DNA of 64,000 nt from Candidatus Poribacteria bacterium (GCA_965198235.1 OZ240248.1:3008001-3072000), one strand, 5' to 3'. Shown: positions 10,311 to 21,184, counted from the stretch's first letter. Program-made: numbers and translations. Notes: generated by a model from the sequence alone, not told the origin.

Positions 10311-10802
10311 ATGAAAGAGCAATTAACGCACTTTGACGAAAAAGGCAACACGCGAATGGTGAATGTCGGTGGCAAAGACGAGACACTGCGTATTGCCATC
10401 GCTCGTGGACATATTACTGCCCTTCCTGAAACACTCCGTCTCATCGCTGAACAAGGTATGAAGAAAGGCGATGTTTTAGAGGTCGCACGGCTTGCGGGTA
10501 TCATGGCGGCAAAACGCACCGGTGAACTGATCCCGTTGTGTCATCCCCTCGCATTGACTTCGATTCGTGTTGAACTCGCCATCGCAGATGATGTGTCGCA
10601 GGTTGAAATTGAAGCGGAAGTCCAGACGGTGGGTCGTACAGGCGTAGAAATGGAAGCACTCACCGCCGTGTCAGTCGCGGCTTTGACCGTTTATGACATG
10701 TGTAAGGCAGTGGACAGGGAGATGATTATCGGTGATGTTAGGCTTGTCAAAAAAACAGGCGGTAAAAGTGGCACTTTCATACAGAAGAATAGCCGTCAGT
10801 AG
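10311..10802 (+). CDS. moaC: Cyclic pyranopterin monophosphate synthase
   Basis: [42 protein letters not shown]. Confidence 0.95.
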   Translation: MKEQLTHFDEKGNTRMVNVGGKDETLRIAIARGHITALPETLRLIAEQGMKKGDVLEVARLAGIMAAKRTGELIPLCHPLALTSIRVELAIADDVSQVEIEAEVQTVGRTGVEMEALTAVSVAALTVYDMCKAVDREMIIGDVRLVKKTGGKSGTFIQKNSRQ

Positions 10803-10948
10803 TCAGTCATTCGTTATCAGTTAAAAGAGGACTGTGATAGTCTTGTGAAAAAAGAAATGAAGAAACACCCAAGCAAAAACACACCTCTTGTGACTGAAAA
10901 CTGAAAGGATTTTTTGAAAAAAATCCGCACTGACTGCTGATAACTACT
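10794..10948. repeat. Heptamer-flanked hairpin element (family H) carrying the 21-nt insert
   Basis: tcagt-type heptamers, aagagg...cctctt arms, actgac-type heptamers; relatives at 14176-14230, 25823-25951, 46369-46419, 48320-48411. Confidence 0.65.
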
Positions 10949-11016
10949 CCCTCAGAGATACAAAGGACACGGTTTCCAGTTCTAATACATAGTTGCCCCA
11001 AATGAGGTATGTAGCA

Positions 11017-14000
11017 ATGAAGAAAAAAATGCGTCAGATACTCATCATAACCCTTGCAGTTTGTCTAATTTCTACAACCACCTTTGCCGCCGATTACGTC
11101 CTGATCATTGGCGGGGTTGCCGGTGAAAAATCCTTTTACGATGCATTCTGGGGTGCCACCTCTCGGTTCCATCAGCTGCTCACCAATGAATACGGCTACA
11201 CACCCGACCAGATCACTTTCCTCTTTGAGGACATGGGCGATATAGATCGGGGCGGACAAGGAGAGTTAGAACTGGTTGACACCGAATCAAATCGCGAACA
11301 GGTTTTAGCCGCATTCGATCAACTCGCCAAGACTGTGCAACCCTCAGATCGGTTTCTGCTGTTCATGCTTGGGCACGCCTCCCGTACCGGTAGGGGTAGT
11401 GCGAAGTTTAATCTGCGGGGACGGGATATTACTGAAGCAGAGTATGTAAAGCTCATTAACAGTGTTCCTACCGAGAATCAGATTTTAATCTTCGGTTTCC
11501 CTTATAGTGCGAGGCTTGTGCCGCAACTCAGCGCATCGGGACGAATAATTCTCACCTCAAGTTCACCAAATGAAGGCTACTCGCTACAGGCAGGATTTGG
11601 CGATGTCTTTGTTGGTGCCTTCTCCACCGCAGATAACGATATAAACAGCGATGGGGACATCTCGTTGTTAGAAGCGTTTCTATCGCTACAGACACAGACG
11701 AAGGGGTGGTATGAGAACAACGGAAGTATTCAGTCTGAACATCCCCATCTTGATGATAACGGTGATGGAAATGCCACTCGAAACCTAACGATTGACCCTG
11801 AGGTCCCACGTGTAGAACGGACAGATGATGGCGCACTCGCCGAAAAGACCTTCTTGGGAAAACGTCGTTCCGTCTTACCAAGCACACCACCTCCGCCTGA
11901 ACCTGAAGTTTTCGTCGATGTGTCGCCTACTGAACCTCCCGAAGAGCACAAAAATGGAAACCCAGATGCATCGACTGTCTCTCACAACCCTGAGAATCGT
12001 CGGTCAGCACTGCCTTATGACTATATCAGCGACGCAGACGAGAAAGTAATCCAAGAAGCCATTGATACCGCCCCCGCTCAAAAGGACTATCCAGAGGATG
12101 GTGCTGTCGTTCTTTGGGAAAGCGTTGATGTTGACATCGATGAAAAGAGCCGTTATATCTATTCCACACGACGCGTCGTCAAAATCTTCAATGAAGATGG
12201 CGCGGACCTCGCTGAAGTTAGCATCCCCTATATGCGTGGAAGAGACGATGTCACTATTCATCATGCTCGAACGTTTACCCCTGATGGTAGGATTGTTAAA
12301 CTTAACTTGGGCGAAGTGATCCGGGATGTTCCACCGCCGAGTGCTGTGGACGCAGGCTTATACGTCGACGCACGCTTGATGTACTTCGCACTTCCTGAAA
12401 TTACCGATGGCTGCATCATAGACTACGCCTATTCCACGAACAACCTTGGGCACGTCATGCAAGGCGAATTTTGGCGCAAAGTCTATTTCCAAGGACCACA
12501 ACCCGTGCAACACTATCGGTTCACCGTACACATTCCCAAGAAAAAGCATCTCAATTATCAGATTTCAGGCGTACCGGCTGTAGGCGGCACCTCCGGAATT
12601 CTTAATATGAAAAACGAACCGATCCCCAGTCACAGCGTAGACTTAACCGGAAACCTGCAAGTTAACCCTCCACTCGACTCCGATACAAAACAGCAAAGCA
12701 CGAGTGGAGGGTTAAAACGGACGCAGCAGCCCAGAAGCAATCAATTAAAAACCTTTCTTGATATTGAACCGACAGTTACGGAGAATAACTATATCCGTAC
12801 CTATACCTTTGAAGTGCAAGATGTACCTCCCTTGAAAGAGGAGTACCTGATGCCTGCTCCGCAGGATCTCGCTTATAGCATTAGCATCTCCTCGATTGAT
12901 TCGTGGGATAAATTAGTGACGTGGTATGCGACGCTCATTCGGGAACAGGATACCATTACACCAGAAATTACGAAAAAGACGGAGCAAATCCTCCGCGGTG
13001 CCTGGTCCCGAAAGGAGAAAGTGAAACGGCTTTATGAATACGTCGCGACGAACATCCAGTATCTCGGCTATGAACTCGGAATTTGGGCGATTAAGCCTTA
13101 TCCAGCGGACTTCGTTCTGAAAATAGGTAAAGGGGATTGTAAGGACAAAACGACACTCCTCTCCACGATGCTTTCATCTGCAGGTATTAATTCCTATCCT
13201 GTTCTCATTTCTGCTGGCGATACGCGCGGTGTTAACGCCCACTTTCCAGATGGCGGTTCGGAAGTCGAGGCTGTCCCTTCACTCGCCTATTTCAATCACA
13301 TGATTCTTGCTGTTGACGGCGGCAAAGATGATGAATTCATCTGGCTCGATCCGACAGCAGAGACGTGTGCCTTTGGTGATTTCCCTGCCGGCGACCAAGA
13401 CAGATGGACGCTTATCATCAACCCGCGGTTTCTGACAGAAGATAAAGCATCTGTGGTAGAGGGTTCGGATGATGCAGCATCGGTGGATAGTATGGAAAAT
13501 AGGCTCTATCTCTTTAGGAGAAGTCCTTCCTTAGATGCAACATCAAATCTGAAACGGGTTCACACCCGCGTAGAGGTGAAGAGAGATATGAGCGTCTCTG
13601 TTCGCCAAGAATTGACGGTCACTGGGATCTTCAACATGAAACTTCGGAGTCAACTTTCACACCTTCAAACCTCTGAAGAGAAAGCGGAGTTCTTCCACAA
13701 AGCTTTGGAATTAGACGAACGCGCCAAGGTAACGGATGTTAAAGTCTCTGGACTTTCAAAGCTGGAAGGCGAATTGAAGGTCGAACTCACGTGGACATGT
13801 AAGGAGTATTTGTACGCTATCGGCAGTCAATTTGTCCTTGAATTGCCAATCGTCAAGCACCCCTATGCGGAGTTATTGAGCGAGGAACGCCGGATGTATC
13901 CTGCTGTCATTGGCAAGGCATTATCGCTTGAAGACAAAATCAGTGTCAGCACGGAGGCTCCCTTTCGGATTGATACCGTTCCTGAGGAGCGGACGCTGCA

Positions 14001-14175
14001 GACCGAGGTCGCGGAAATTCAGATCCGCTATGCGAAATCCAAGCGCAAAGCCGAGATGCATCAAACTATCCGTTTCCTAACACCGAGGGTCACACCGAAT
14101 AACATTTACCATCTCAAAGATGTCGTCAGAATCGCCTCAAACCGAGGACCGAAACGATTCATATTGACGCAGTAG
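11017..14175 (+). CDS. Secreted multidomain protein: caspase/C13-like N-terminus + DUF3857 + transglutaminase-like domain
   Basis: Signal peptide; FLLFMLGH; ARTFTPDGR...GCIIDYAY (DUF3857); GDCKDKTTLL...FNHMI...WLDPT catalytic triad. Confidence 0.8.
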   Translation: MKKKMRQILIITLAVCLISTTTFAADYVLIIGGVAGEKSFYDAFWGATSRFHQLLTNEYGYTPDQITFLFEDMGDIDRGGQGELELVDTESNREQVLAAFDQLAKTVQPSDRFLLFMLGHASRTGRGSAKFNLRGRDITEAEYVKLINSVPTENQILIFGFPYSARLVPQLSASGRIILTSSSPNEGYSLQAGFGDVFVGAFSTADNDINSDGDISLLEAFLSLQTQTKGWYENNGSIQSEHPHLDDNGDGNATRNLTIDPEVPRVERTDDGALAEKTFLGKRRSVLPSTPPPPEPEVFVDVSPTEPPEEHKNGNPDASTVSHNPENRRSALPYDYISDADEKVIQEAIDTAPAQKDYPEDGAVVLWESVDVDIDEKSRYIYSTRRVVKIFNEDGADLAEVSIPYMRGRDDVTIHHARTFTPDGRIVKLNLGEVIRDVPPPSAVDAGLYVDARLMYFALPEITDGCIIDYAYSTNNLGHVMQGEFWRKVYFQGPQPVQHYRFTVHIPKKKHLNYQISGVPAVGGTSGILNMKNEPIPSHSVDLTGNLQVNPPLDSDTKQQSTSGGLKRTQQPRSNQLKTFLDIEPTVTENNYIRTYTFEVQDVPPLKEEYLMPAPQDLAYSISISSIDSWDKLVTWYATLIREQDTITPEITKKTEQILRGAWSRKEKVKRLYEYVATNIQYLGYELGIWAIKPYPADFVLKIGKGDCKDKTTLLSTMLSSAGINSYPVLISAGDTRGVNAHFPDGGSEVEAVPSLAYFNHMILAVDGGKDDEFIWLDPTAETCAFGDFPAGDQDRWTLIINPRFLTEDKASVVEGSDDAASVDSMENRLYLFRRSPSLDATSNLKRVHTRVEVKRDMSVSVRQELTVTGIFNMKLRSQLSHLQTSEEKAEFFHKALELDERAKVTDVKVSGLSKLEGELKVELTWTCKEYLYAIGSQFVLELPIVKHPYAELLSEERRMYPAVIGKALSLEDKISVSTEAPFRIDTVPEERTLQTEVAEIQIRYAKSKRKAEMHQTIRFLTPRVTPNNIYHLKDVVRIASNRGPKRFILTQ

Positions 14176-14389
14176 CCGTCGGCTTTCGGCTATCAGCCAT
14201 CAGTTGTTGACTGCTGATGGGTTGACTGATGGTGTTCATGTCTCTGAGATGTAACCTACTTATTTTCAAGATTTACCGCGCAGATCCGCAAACCCGATTG
14301 AAACTGACCGAGAACCTGCCCGAAACATTGTCCCGCAAGCCTCTATAGGCTTGCGCAAGGAGGGCAGTCCAGGAGGCCATAATTAAAAA

Positions 14390-15397
14390 ATGCCAGCAAC
14401 AGAAGAAGTTCAAGCGATAGAAGAGTTGATGAAAAGTCAAGAGTTGATTTTGGAACAACTCAAAAAGGTAATAGTTGGGCAAGAAGAAGTTATCAATCAG
14501 ATGTTGATGGCACTTTTTGCTGGAGGACACTGCTTATTAGAGGGTGTCCCAGGGCTTGCCAAAACCCTCATGATTAGAACTTTGGCAGACATTCTGAATC
14601 TCAAATTCAAGCGAATCCAGTTCACCCCGGATCTAATGCCAGCCGACATCACGGGAACCGATGTCCTTGAGGAAGACCGGACGACCGGACATCGCACGAT
14701 CCGATTTATTCAGGGACCGATTTTCGCGAACATCCTCCTCGCTGATGAGATTAATCGGACACCCCCGAAGACACAAGCCGCACTCTTAGAGGCGATGCAG
14801 GAACACCACGTTACCGCGGGTGGTAACGAATTCCAGTTGGAACAGCCCTTCTTTGTGCTTGCCACACAAAACCCGATCGAGCAGGAGGGAACATATCCAC
14901 TTCCAGAGGCGCAGTTAGATCGGTTCATGTTCAAAATTGTCATAGATTACCCGACAGAGACAGAGGAGACGGAAATCGTTTCGGCAACGACAGGGGCAGA
15001 GGAACCTGAGCTCGAAACAGCATTGTCCGGGGACGCGATCGTGGCACTCCATAAAATCGTGAGGCGTGTGCCTGCCGCCGACAACGTCGTGCAATACGCT
15101 GTGAAAATTGCGCGCGCAACCCGTCCAAAAGAGGAGGACGCTCCCGATTTTATCCAGCAATGGGTGCGATGGGGCGCGGGACCCCGTGCCGGGCAGTATC
15201 TCATCTTAGGCGCGAAAGCCCGCGCGATTCTACGGGGTCGCTACAATGCCTCTTGTGAAGATGTGAAGTCTGTCGCACCTTCGGTTCTACGGCATCGCGT
15301 CTTAACCAATTTCCATGCCGAAGCTGAAGGTGTTGACTCCGACACCGTCATCCAACGTCTACTCGACACAGTACAGGAACCCGCTGTAAGGCTATAG
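14390..15397 (+). CDS. MoxR family AAA+ ATPase
   Basis: [68 protein letters not shown]. Confidence 0.95.
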   Translation: MPATEEVQAIEELMKSQELILEQLKKVIVGQEEVINQMLMALFAGGHCLLEGVPGLAKTLMIRTLADILNLKFKRIQFTPDLMPADITGTDVLEEDRTTGHRTIRFIQGPIFANILLADEINRTPPKTQAALLEAMQEHHVTAGGNEFQLEQPFFVLATQNPIEQEGTYPLPEAQLDRFMFKIVIDYPTETEETEIVSATTGAEEPELETALSGDAIVALHKIVRRVPAADNVVQYAVKIARATRPKEEDAPDFIQQWVRWGAGPRAGQYLILGAKARAILRGRYNASCEDVKSVAPSVLRHRVLTNFHAEAEGVDSDTVIQRLLDTVQEPAVRL

Positions 15398-15582
15398 ACC
15401 TCATCAATATCCAGCCTCTTGTAGGAGGGATCTCCGAATCCCGATGCTTATCTATGACAAATTATCGAAAAGTGAGGTTTCCAAAGTCCTCCTGATAAGG
15501 GGCGGGGAATGCCATAAGGCATTCATACCGTTGATTCTTTAGGGGGTTGGATGCTGCATAGTCCTACGTAGAGGAAAACACC

Positions 15583-16299
15583 ATACAAAAAATCTCGGTT
15601 ATCATTCCAGTCCTCAATGAAGAAAACGCCATTGCCAAAGTCATCACTGATATTCCAAAGACCGTGCCGACCTTTGACGGAAAAACCGAAGCCGCGGTCC
15701 AGGAAATTATCGTCGTTGACAACGGCTGCACGGACAACACCACCGCAATCGCAAGCCGAAACGGGGCAAAGGTTATAGCTGAGCCGCGACGGGGCTATGG
15801 ATCCGCTTGTCTCGCGGGAATTGCTGCGCTTACGACGACCATCCCAGATATCGTCGTTTTTCTCGACGGCGACTATAGCGACTATCCCACGGACATGTCA
15901 CAACTCCTGCAACCCATACTTGAAGGTAAAACCGACCTTGTCATCGGCGCGAGAAGTGCGGACAGCGCACGGGACGCGTTGTTACTGCAAGCGAGATTCG
16001 GCAATTGGCTCGCCTGTTTCTTGATAAAATGCTTCTATGGCGTGCGGTATACGGATTTAGGTCCCTTTCGAGCGATCCGGTATCCGCAGCTTCTCGCTCT
16101 GAACATGCAGGACAAAACCTTCGGATGGACAGTCGAGATGCAGCTCAAAGCCGCAAAACAGGGAATCCCTGTGTGTGAAGTTCCTGTTCGCTACCGCAAG
16201 CGGATCGGCATCTCTAAAATCACTGGCACATTCACCGGCACCCTCAAAGCAGGCTATAAGATACTCACCACTCTCATCTACCACCGATTTTTGACATAG
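15583..16299 (+). CDS. Glycosyltransferase family 2 (DPM1-like), probable ATA start
   Basis: The GT2 N-terminal strand ISVIIPVLNEE lies upstream of the ORF-track start; VVDNGCTD, FLDGDYSD, DLGPFRAI. Confidence 0.85.
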   Translation: MQKISVIIPVLNEENAIAKVITDIPKTVPTFDGKTEAAVQEIIVVDNGCTDNTTAIASRNGAKVIAEPRRGYGSACLAGIAALTTTIPDIVVFLDGDYSDYPTDMSQLLQPILEGKTDLVIGARSADSARDALLLQARFGNWLACFLIKCFYGVRYTDLGPFRAIRYPQLLALNMQDKTFGWTVEMQLKAAKQGIPVCEVPVRYRKRIGISKITGTFTGTLKAGYKILTTLIYHRFLT

Positions 16300-17400
16300 A
16301 ACTTATGACCGCCATACACGGTAGGTGCGGTTTCCTAACCGCAAAAATCCTCCAAACATTTTAGACACCCTGCTGGCGAGGTTTGATGAAGATTAAGAAT
16401 TATTTAATGTGGTAATGTAGAGCGTCCATTGTCTGAACTGTGATTTTTGTGATTATGGGATTTCTGTGATAAGAGACGCTTGTGGATTGGAAAGTGTCCT
16501 TTACAGAATTACCGAAATATTTATTTAACCTTCATCAACCGTACTGGGTTCCTTCTAACCACTCTACAGATACACTGCTGGCGAGGTTTCCTATAGGAAA
16601 TCCGCAGAAATCCGCAGAAATCCGCAGGGAAATACGCAGGGAAACACCCTATCAAAAACCCCAAGCAAAGACCCCAAGCAAAAACCCCTCGTCTTTTCTT
16701 TTTTTAGGACTTACGCACTTCCTCTTGAAGTCCCCCTGATAAGGGGGATTTAGGGGGTTAAATAACTGAAATACTCTCACTGCGAGGCATTTTTGGGTGA
16801 AATCTATTGCTTCTTTACGCAATTTGCGTAAGTCCTGTTTTTATTTCTTACCAAAACGACACGCTGGACGCACCCGCCTTACGGGACTACAATCACTTTC
16901 CCAACGACCATTGCTAATTGCTGGCGACTGACCACTGATTGCTGACTGCCGATCGCTATTCAATGCGGCGAGTTTCAAAGTATTCAGAGTAAAATCTGAA
17001 AAGTGATGGATTTCAAGTAGGCTGTAAACTTAGACGATTATTGGGTTTTGAAGGGTTTTGATAGAAGGTTTCTGAAATGCTTACTCTGAAATTTCAGAGT
17101 AGACAGAGGAGGTTTCGTAGCGTAAACTTTTAGTTTGCGCACTCGTGGGAAACCCAATCTAAAAGATTATGCTACAAAGGTGGCAACTTAGGTTACTTTA
17201 GTTTTCACGGAGGCTTCACGGAGTTTTTATCGCCGTAGGTGGGCCGTGGGTTCCCAGGAGTCAATATACCCCTTCTCCGTGAAAAAACGAACGTGAAATT
17301 ATATTTAACTTACTGTATTGATGTTTTTAAGACTGGATATTGCTATCCATGCAGTGCAGAATATCGCGACCAGAGGTCGCTCCTACAGCAAAAAACCCTC
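16300..17400. repeat. ~1.1 kb non-coding cluster of REP-like hairpins and MITEs
   Basis: At least 8 distinct palindromic units (16321, 16431, 16577, 16706-16836, 16910-16960, 17082-17101, 17117-17175, 17202-17285, 17365-17388). Confidence 0.8.
16706..16836. mobile_element. 131-bp MITE with 12-bp perfect terminal inverted repeats
   Basis: aggacttacgca (16706-16717) / tgcgtaagtcct (16825-16836), T-rich flanks. Confidence 0.75.
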
Positions 17401-17458
17401 AAGTAAAAGATCGCAATTATTGGAGAATTGAATGCCTTTATTATGCCGTATCTTTCAC

Positions 17459-17487
17459 TTGCAACTTCCCAAAATTAATGATATACT
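17459..17487 (+). promoter_or_regulatory. Sigma70-type promoter candidate for the antitoxin-PIN operon
   Basis: TTGCAA-N17-TATACT. Confidence 0.55.
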
Positions 17488-17629
17488 CATTAACGACCTT
17501 GAACACTGAAAGCCACACTTCTTGAAGTCTTAGAATATGACTTGCAGGAAGCGATTTGCCGAATCGAAAGCGGGTGTAAGAAAGCAAAAATCGCTAATTG
17601 TCGTGAAATAAAGATGGGGTTTAAAGACA

Positions 17630-17887
17630 ATGAAAAGAAAAAAAATAAAAGCAACATACAGAAACGGTGTGATTGAACCGTTGGATAGGATCAACCTTCC
17701 TGAAGGACAAGCACTTGAGATCGAATTCAGAGTTCTCCTAAAACCGCCTCATGAACTTTCTCGCGCAGAAAAGAAAGAACTGATTCAGAAGATGAGTGGC
17801 TCAATGAAAGGGACATGGGGAAGCACCGTCGAAGAAATTGATGCTTACATCACATCAGAAAGACAATCATGGGATCGAGAATTTTAG
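17630..17887 (+). CDS. Antitoxin, AF2212/DUF104-like
   Basis: IKATYRNGVIEPLDRINLPEG motif; overlaps the downstream PIN gene. Confidence 0.8.
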   Translation: MKRKKIKATYRNGVIEPLDRINLPEGQALEIEFRVLLKPPHELSRAEKKELIQKMSGSMKGTWGSTVEEIDAYITSERQSWDREF

Positions 17888-18318
17888 ATTTCCCCACGGC
17901 AAATTCTCACATAACATCGGTGTTGTTGGATACCTCTGTTCTTATATACTACCTTGAAGGGATCGAACCTTACAACCTTCTGGCAAAGGAAATATTCCAA
18001 GATATCGTTGATGAAAACATTAGAGGTTTTCTATCGGTAATATCGATAACTGAATTTGTAGCGAAACCACTTGGATCTGAAAAAGTAATAGACGTTGAAG
18101 GTTTTAAGCAGTTTCTCGCCTCACTACCAATTCAGGTGCTTGAAATTAACCATGAGATAGCAGAACGAGCGGGTAAACTCCGTTCGCAATATCCAAGTAT
18201 TCCAACACCAGATGCTTTAATTGTTGCGACCGCATTGGAGAATGATTGCGATATATTTGTCACGAACGACAAACGCCTAAAAAAGCTAGTGTTGTGTCAA
18301 CCTTCTGTTGATGGATAG
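17869..18318 (+). CDS. VapC-like PIN-domain toxin, 3' end cut by IS630
   Basis: LLDTSVLIY, SVISITE, PDALIVATA, FVTNDKRL; last ~9 codons derive from the IS. Confidence 0.85.
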   Translation: MGSRILDFPTANSHITSVLLDTSVLIYYLEGIEPYNLLAKEIFQDIVDENIRGFLSVISITEFVAKPLGSEKVIDVEGFKQFLASLPIQVLEINHEIAERAGKLRSQYPSIPTPDALIVATALENDCDIFVTNDKRLKKLVLCQPSVDG

Positions 18319-19525
18319 AGTTTCTTGAGTTTGACACGTGCGTCGTCGGTAGTAAACTGCCACTTTACAGTAGCACATTGTTCATTTCTTCGGCTTTGCC
18401 AGGCCTGAATCTCGTGCTTGAGGGTCTGTTGGTCGGCGATCCGCCTTGAAAGACATTGCCGAGATAGCACGGAAAGTTCAATCTCAGCCATGTTCAGCCA
18501 ACTGCCATGCTTCGGGGTATAGTGAAACTCAATCTTTTCAGCAATACGCCTGGCTTGATGTGCTTGAAACGCTTTATACAACGAAGCCGGCTTATGAGTA
18601 TTGAGATTGTCGCAAACCAGCAGGATCTTCTCGGCATCCGGGAAATGAACATCTACCAAGTCTCGACAGATGTGAGCAAAATCAAGGCTTGTTCGTCTAT
18701 CAGTGACTTCAACATGCCGAAATCCGTGAAGGGGTGCGAAAATCATGAACAGATTGCTGACGCCATTGCGCTGGTATTCAGAATCATATCGACGCGGAGC
18801 ACCCGCAATGACCGGCAGAGGCTGCCGAGTTTCTTGGATGTGTTGTTTACTCGTTTCATCAACACAAACCAAAGGATTCACACGCTCTTTGGGGCACTGG
18901 TAGATTTCTAAGACATCTTCCATCGCAGCGACGAAATCCGCCGAGGCTTCGGGGGGAATACACCCTTGCTGCTTTAGCCAAGGTCTCAGTTCGTTTTTTT
19001 TAGAACCTGTCGTATCGTTTCATGAGAAATACTTGAAAAATGGTTGAGTTCTACCATTTTCTCTGCTAACAGGCGAAGCGTCCATCTTGAGAAACCCTCC
19101 GGGGCTTCTGAACAGGCTAAAGCGATCAGATGCGCCTCTTTTTCGCCATCAAACTTTTGCCATCTTGATGCCTCGCAACGCTTCTTAGGAGTCAGGGTGG
19201 CTCTGAGACCCTCAAGCACAAAGGCTTTACGGACTCTCTGAATCGTAGGGATTGAGACTTCAACGGCTTCTTGTATCTGCTCATCTGAGTAGGCGGGGCC
19301 AAACTCACCCGCGTCTGCTTTCAGTAAGATTCTCGCACGCGTGAGTTTGCGTGCCGATTCTCTGCCTGAAGATATCAAATCAATGAGATAATCTCGTTGA
19401 CACTCATCAAGTAGGACTGCGTATCGTTTCGCTGGCATCATAGACTCCAAGTTATAGGATTGATTTTCTTAAGTCTAAGAATACCATCTTTCAGATTAAC
19501 TATCAAGATAAACTTGACAAAGCAC
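18289..19525 (-). mobile_element. IS630-family insertion sequence
   Basis: TIRs gtgttgtgtcaa / ttgacaaagcac, TA (CTAG context) at both ends, two-ORF transposase. Confidence 0.9.
18297..19450 (-). CDS. IS630 transposase (HTH ORF 18986-19450 + DDE ORF) joined by a -1 shift at an A8 run
   Basis: RARILLKAD, RWTLRLLA; the shifted frame KKNELRPW...FVAAMEDVL leads to VCVDE, CDNLNTH, YTPKHGSWLNMAEIE. Confidence 0.9.
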
Positions 19526-20016
19526 TAGATAGGTTCTGGGAGATTTACAACACAGGACTTACCCGTATCATGGGCGGCAGAGGATTAATCGAACAGCGTC
19601 TCAGTGAAGTTTTCCTCGAAAATCTTCAGCCACAGATAAAGACATGGATATCTTATGGCGAGGAAGACTCAGAACAAACCGAAAAGGCTCTTCTCCGATA
19701 CACTCTAAACCATCTCCTTCAACTTCTTGAGGAAGATGGAGAACGTTGTTTTCCCGAAGAATTTTACCTATATCCACCCGTGTCTGAAGGGATCACAACC
19801 GGAAGTATTGTCAAAGAAAAGACGGACGATCAGCCGTTTGTAGTTCTGAGTCCAGCGTGTGATCTTGTTATCAGAAGCAACGGTGAATTCAAAACGGATC
19901 GGATTCTCCTTGCTGGGATCGAAGATGAAAGTGGGGTTGTGAATGCTGCGCTGGATGGCATTAGAAGAAGACAGAGTAAAGAAAATAAACTCCGAGATGT
20001 ATTTAATGACAACTAC
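19526..20016 (+). pseudogene. Internal fragment of a receiver-domain-associated hypothetical protein, truncated at both ends by IS elements
   Basis: Open frame DRFWEIYNTGLTRIMGGRG...VVLSPACDLV begins at the IS630 end and runs into the IS3 remnant. Confidence 0.55.
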
Positions 20017-20825
20017 AGAAACGCCGAATGTGGGCGTTTCAGATTATAGACGTGTGTGATAAAATGCCCGATGCGATCTCTGGCCTCGGTGATGTTTTGA
20101 TAGTCATTGATGTGAACTTCTTCCTCTTTGAGGGTGCGTATGAGTCTTTCAGCATATCCGTTCTCCCAAGGCCGTCCGCGCTGTGCGACGGAAATCTCGA
20201 TGCGATGTTCTTGGAGTGTTGCGATATAAGCCTTTGAAAGAGACTGCACGCCTTGATCGGAATGATGAATCTCAGGGACGCTATGGCAGAATGCCTCTTC
20301 GAGCGGTTTGAGCGTCAGAGATTGGAAACTCAAGTGCTGACTGATCTGCCAAGCTTTGATCATTCGGGTGAAAACATCCATGAGTAGGCAGACATAGATG
20401 AAACGTCCATTGAGACGAACATAGGTAATATCGGCCACCCAGACCTGATCCTGACGAGAGACCTCAACGTTTTCGAGGCGGTTGCTCCAAGGCTTTTCAC
20501 CCTGAAGCGATTTTGTTGTTTGACACGCACGCTTGACAGTGACCAAGAGATTCCTATTTTTCATCAATCGAGCGACGCGTCGCGTCCCAACGGTGTATCC
20601 CATACGCAGTAGCAACTGCGTGATACGCCTATACCCGTATCTCGGATACCGTCCGGCAAGTTTCTCTATTTCCGATCGTAGCAGATCTTCGGACGGATCC
20701 TCTTGGGGGTGATAATAGAAACTGCTGCGGTTGAAACCCAGCGTTTCACAAATCTCTCGCACGGAATACTCCGTGTGCAATGCCGAAATGAGGCTTCGCT
20801 TTTCGGATAAGGTCATTTCAACCAA
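20013..20825 (-). CDS. IS3 OrfB integrase-like (rve) transposase, C-terminus truncated
   Basis: YGYRRI, WVADITYV, HHSDQG, ENGYAERLIRTLKEE, YNLKRPHSA. Confidence 0.85.
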   Translation of the reverse strand: MVEMTLSEKRSLISALHTEYSVREICETLGFNRSSFYYHPQEDPSEDLLRSEIEKLAGRYPRYGYRRITQLLLRMGYTVGTRRVARLMKNRNLLVTVKRACQTTKSLQGEKPWSNRLENVEVSRQDQVWVADITYVRLNGRFIYVCLLMDVFTRMIKAWQISQHLSFQSLTLKPLEEAFCHSVPEIHHSDQGVQSLSKAYIATLQEHRIEISVAQRGRPWENGYAERLIRTLKEEEVHINDYQNITEARDRIGHFITHVYNLKRPHSAFL

Positions 20826-21184
20826 TCCAAGGCTTTTTTTTGGATGTCTAACGCCACCGTTAATCTCCCAACAAGCTGCTCAAGGTGAGCGATACGCTTC
20901 TCGGAAACCTCACTCGACTGCTTATCAGTAGAGTCAAACAGCGTAGACGCATTTTCAACGAGCTGTTGCTTCCACTGTGAGAGTTGATTTTCGTTGAGAT
21001 TAGGTTCTCCGCCGACACACTTCTGCTTGGGAAGTCGCACCGCTGAGGACTTCGAGAACAAGTTCAGCTTTAAACTCAGGGGTGAATTTTCTTCGTTTCG
21101 CCATCGGATAACTCCTTTCTAATGAGATTGTATTGTAGCACAATCTTCCTTTAGGGTGTGGTCTAAAAAACCGATGGCAGTACA
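20017..21184 (-). mobile_element. IS3-family element, 3'-truncated, orfA frameshifted
   Basis: Left end TGTACTGCCATCGGTTTTTTAGACCACAC at 21184; orfA MAKRRKFTPEFKAELVLEVL broken near 21005; no right inverted repeat. Confidence 0.85.

Noticed and set aside
14275-14360. c-di-GMP-I riboswitch (gcaaacc...gaaa)
   Set aside because: The remaining consensus and stems are missing; the segment matches the family A repeat interior.
16596-16690. CRISPR array (also 46246-46337)
   Set aside because: Units are 10-21 nt and abut each other without unique spacers; no cas genes in the window.
16482-16739. 85-aa ORF, and similar ORFs at 21669-21965 and 37944-38603
   Set aside because: Translations of repeat DNA (QKSAEIRR, QAKTP, VFAWVFP), without SD or domain evidence.
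16980-17100. CRISPR leader-like AT-rich tract
   Set aside because: No adjacent repeat-spacer units.
18985-19002. IS630 transposase as a pseudogene
   Set aside because: The split at an A8 run is the usual programmed frameshift/slippage site in this family.
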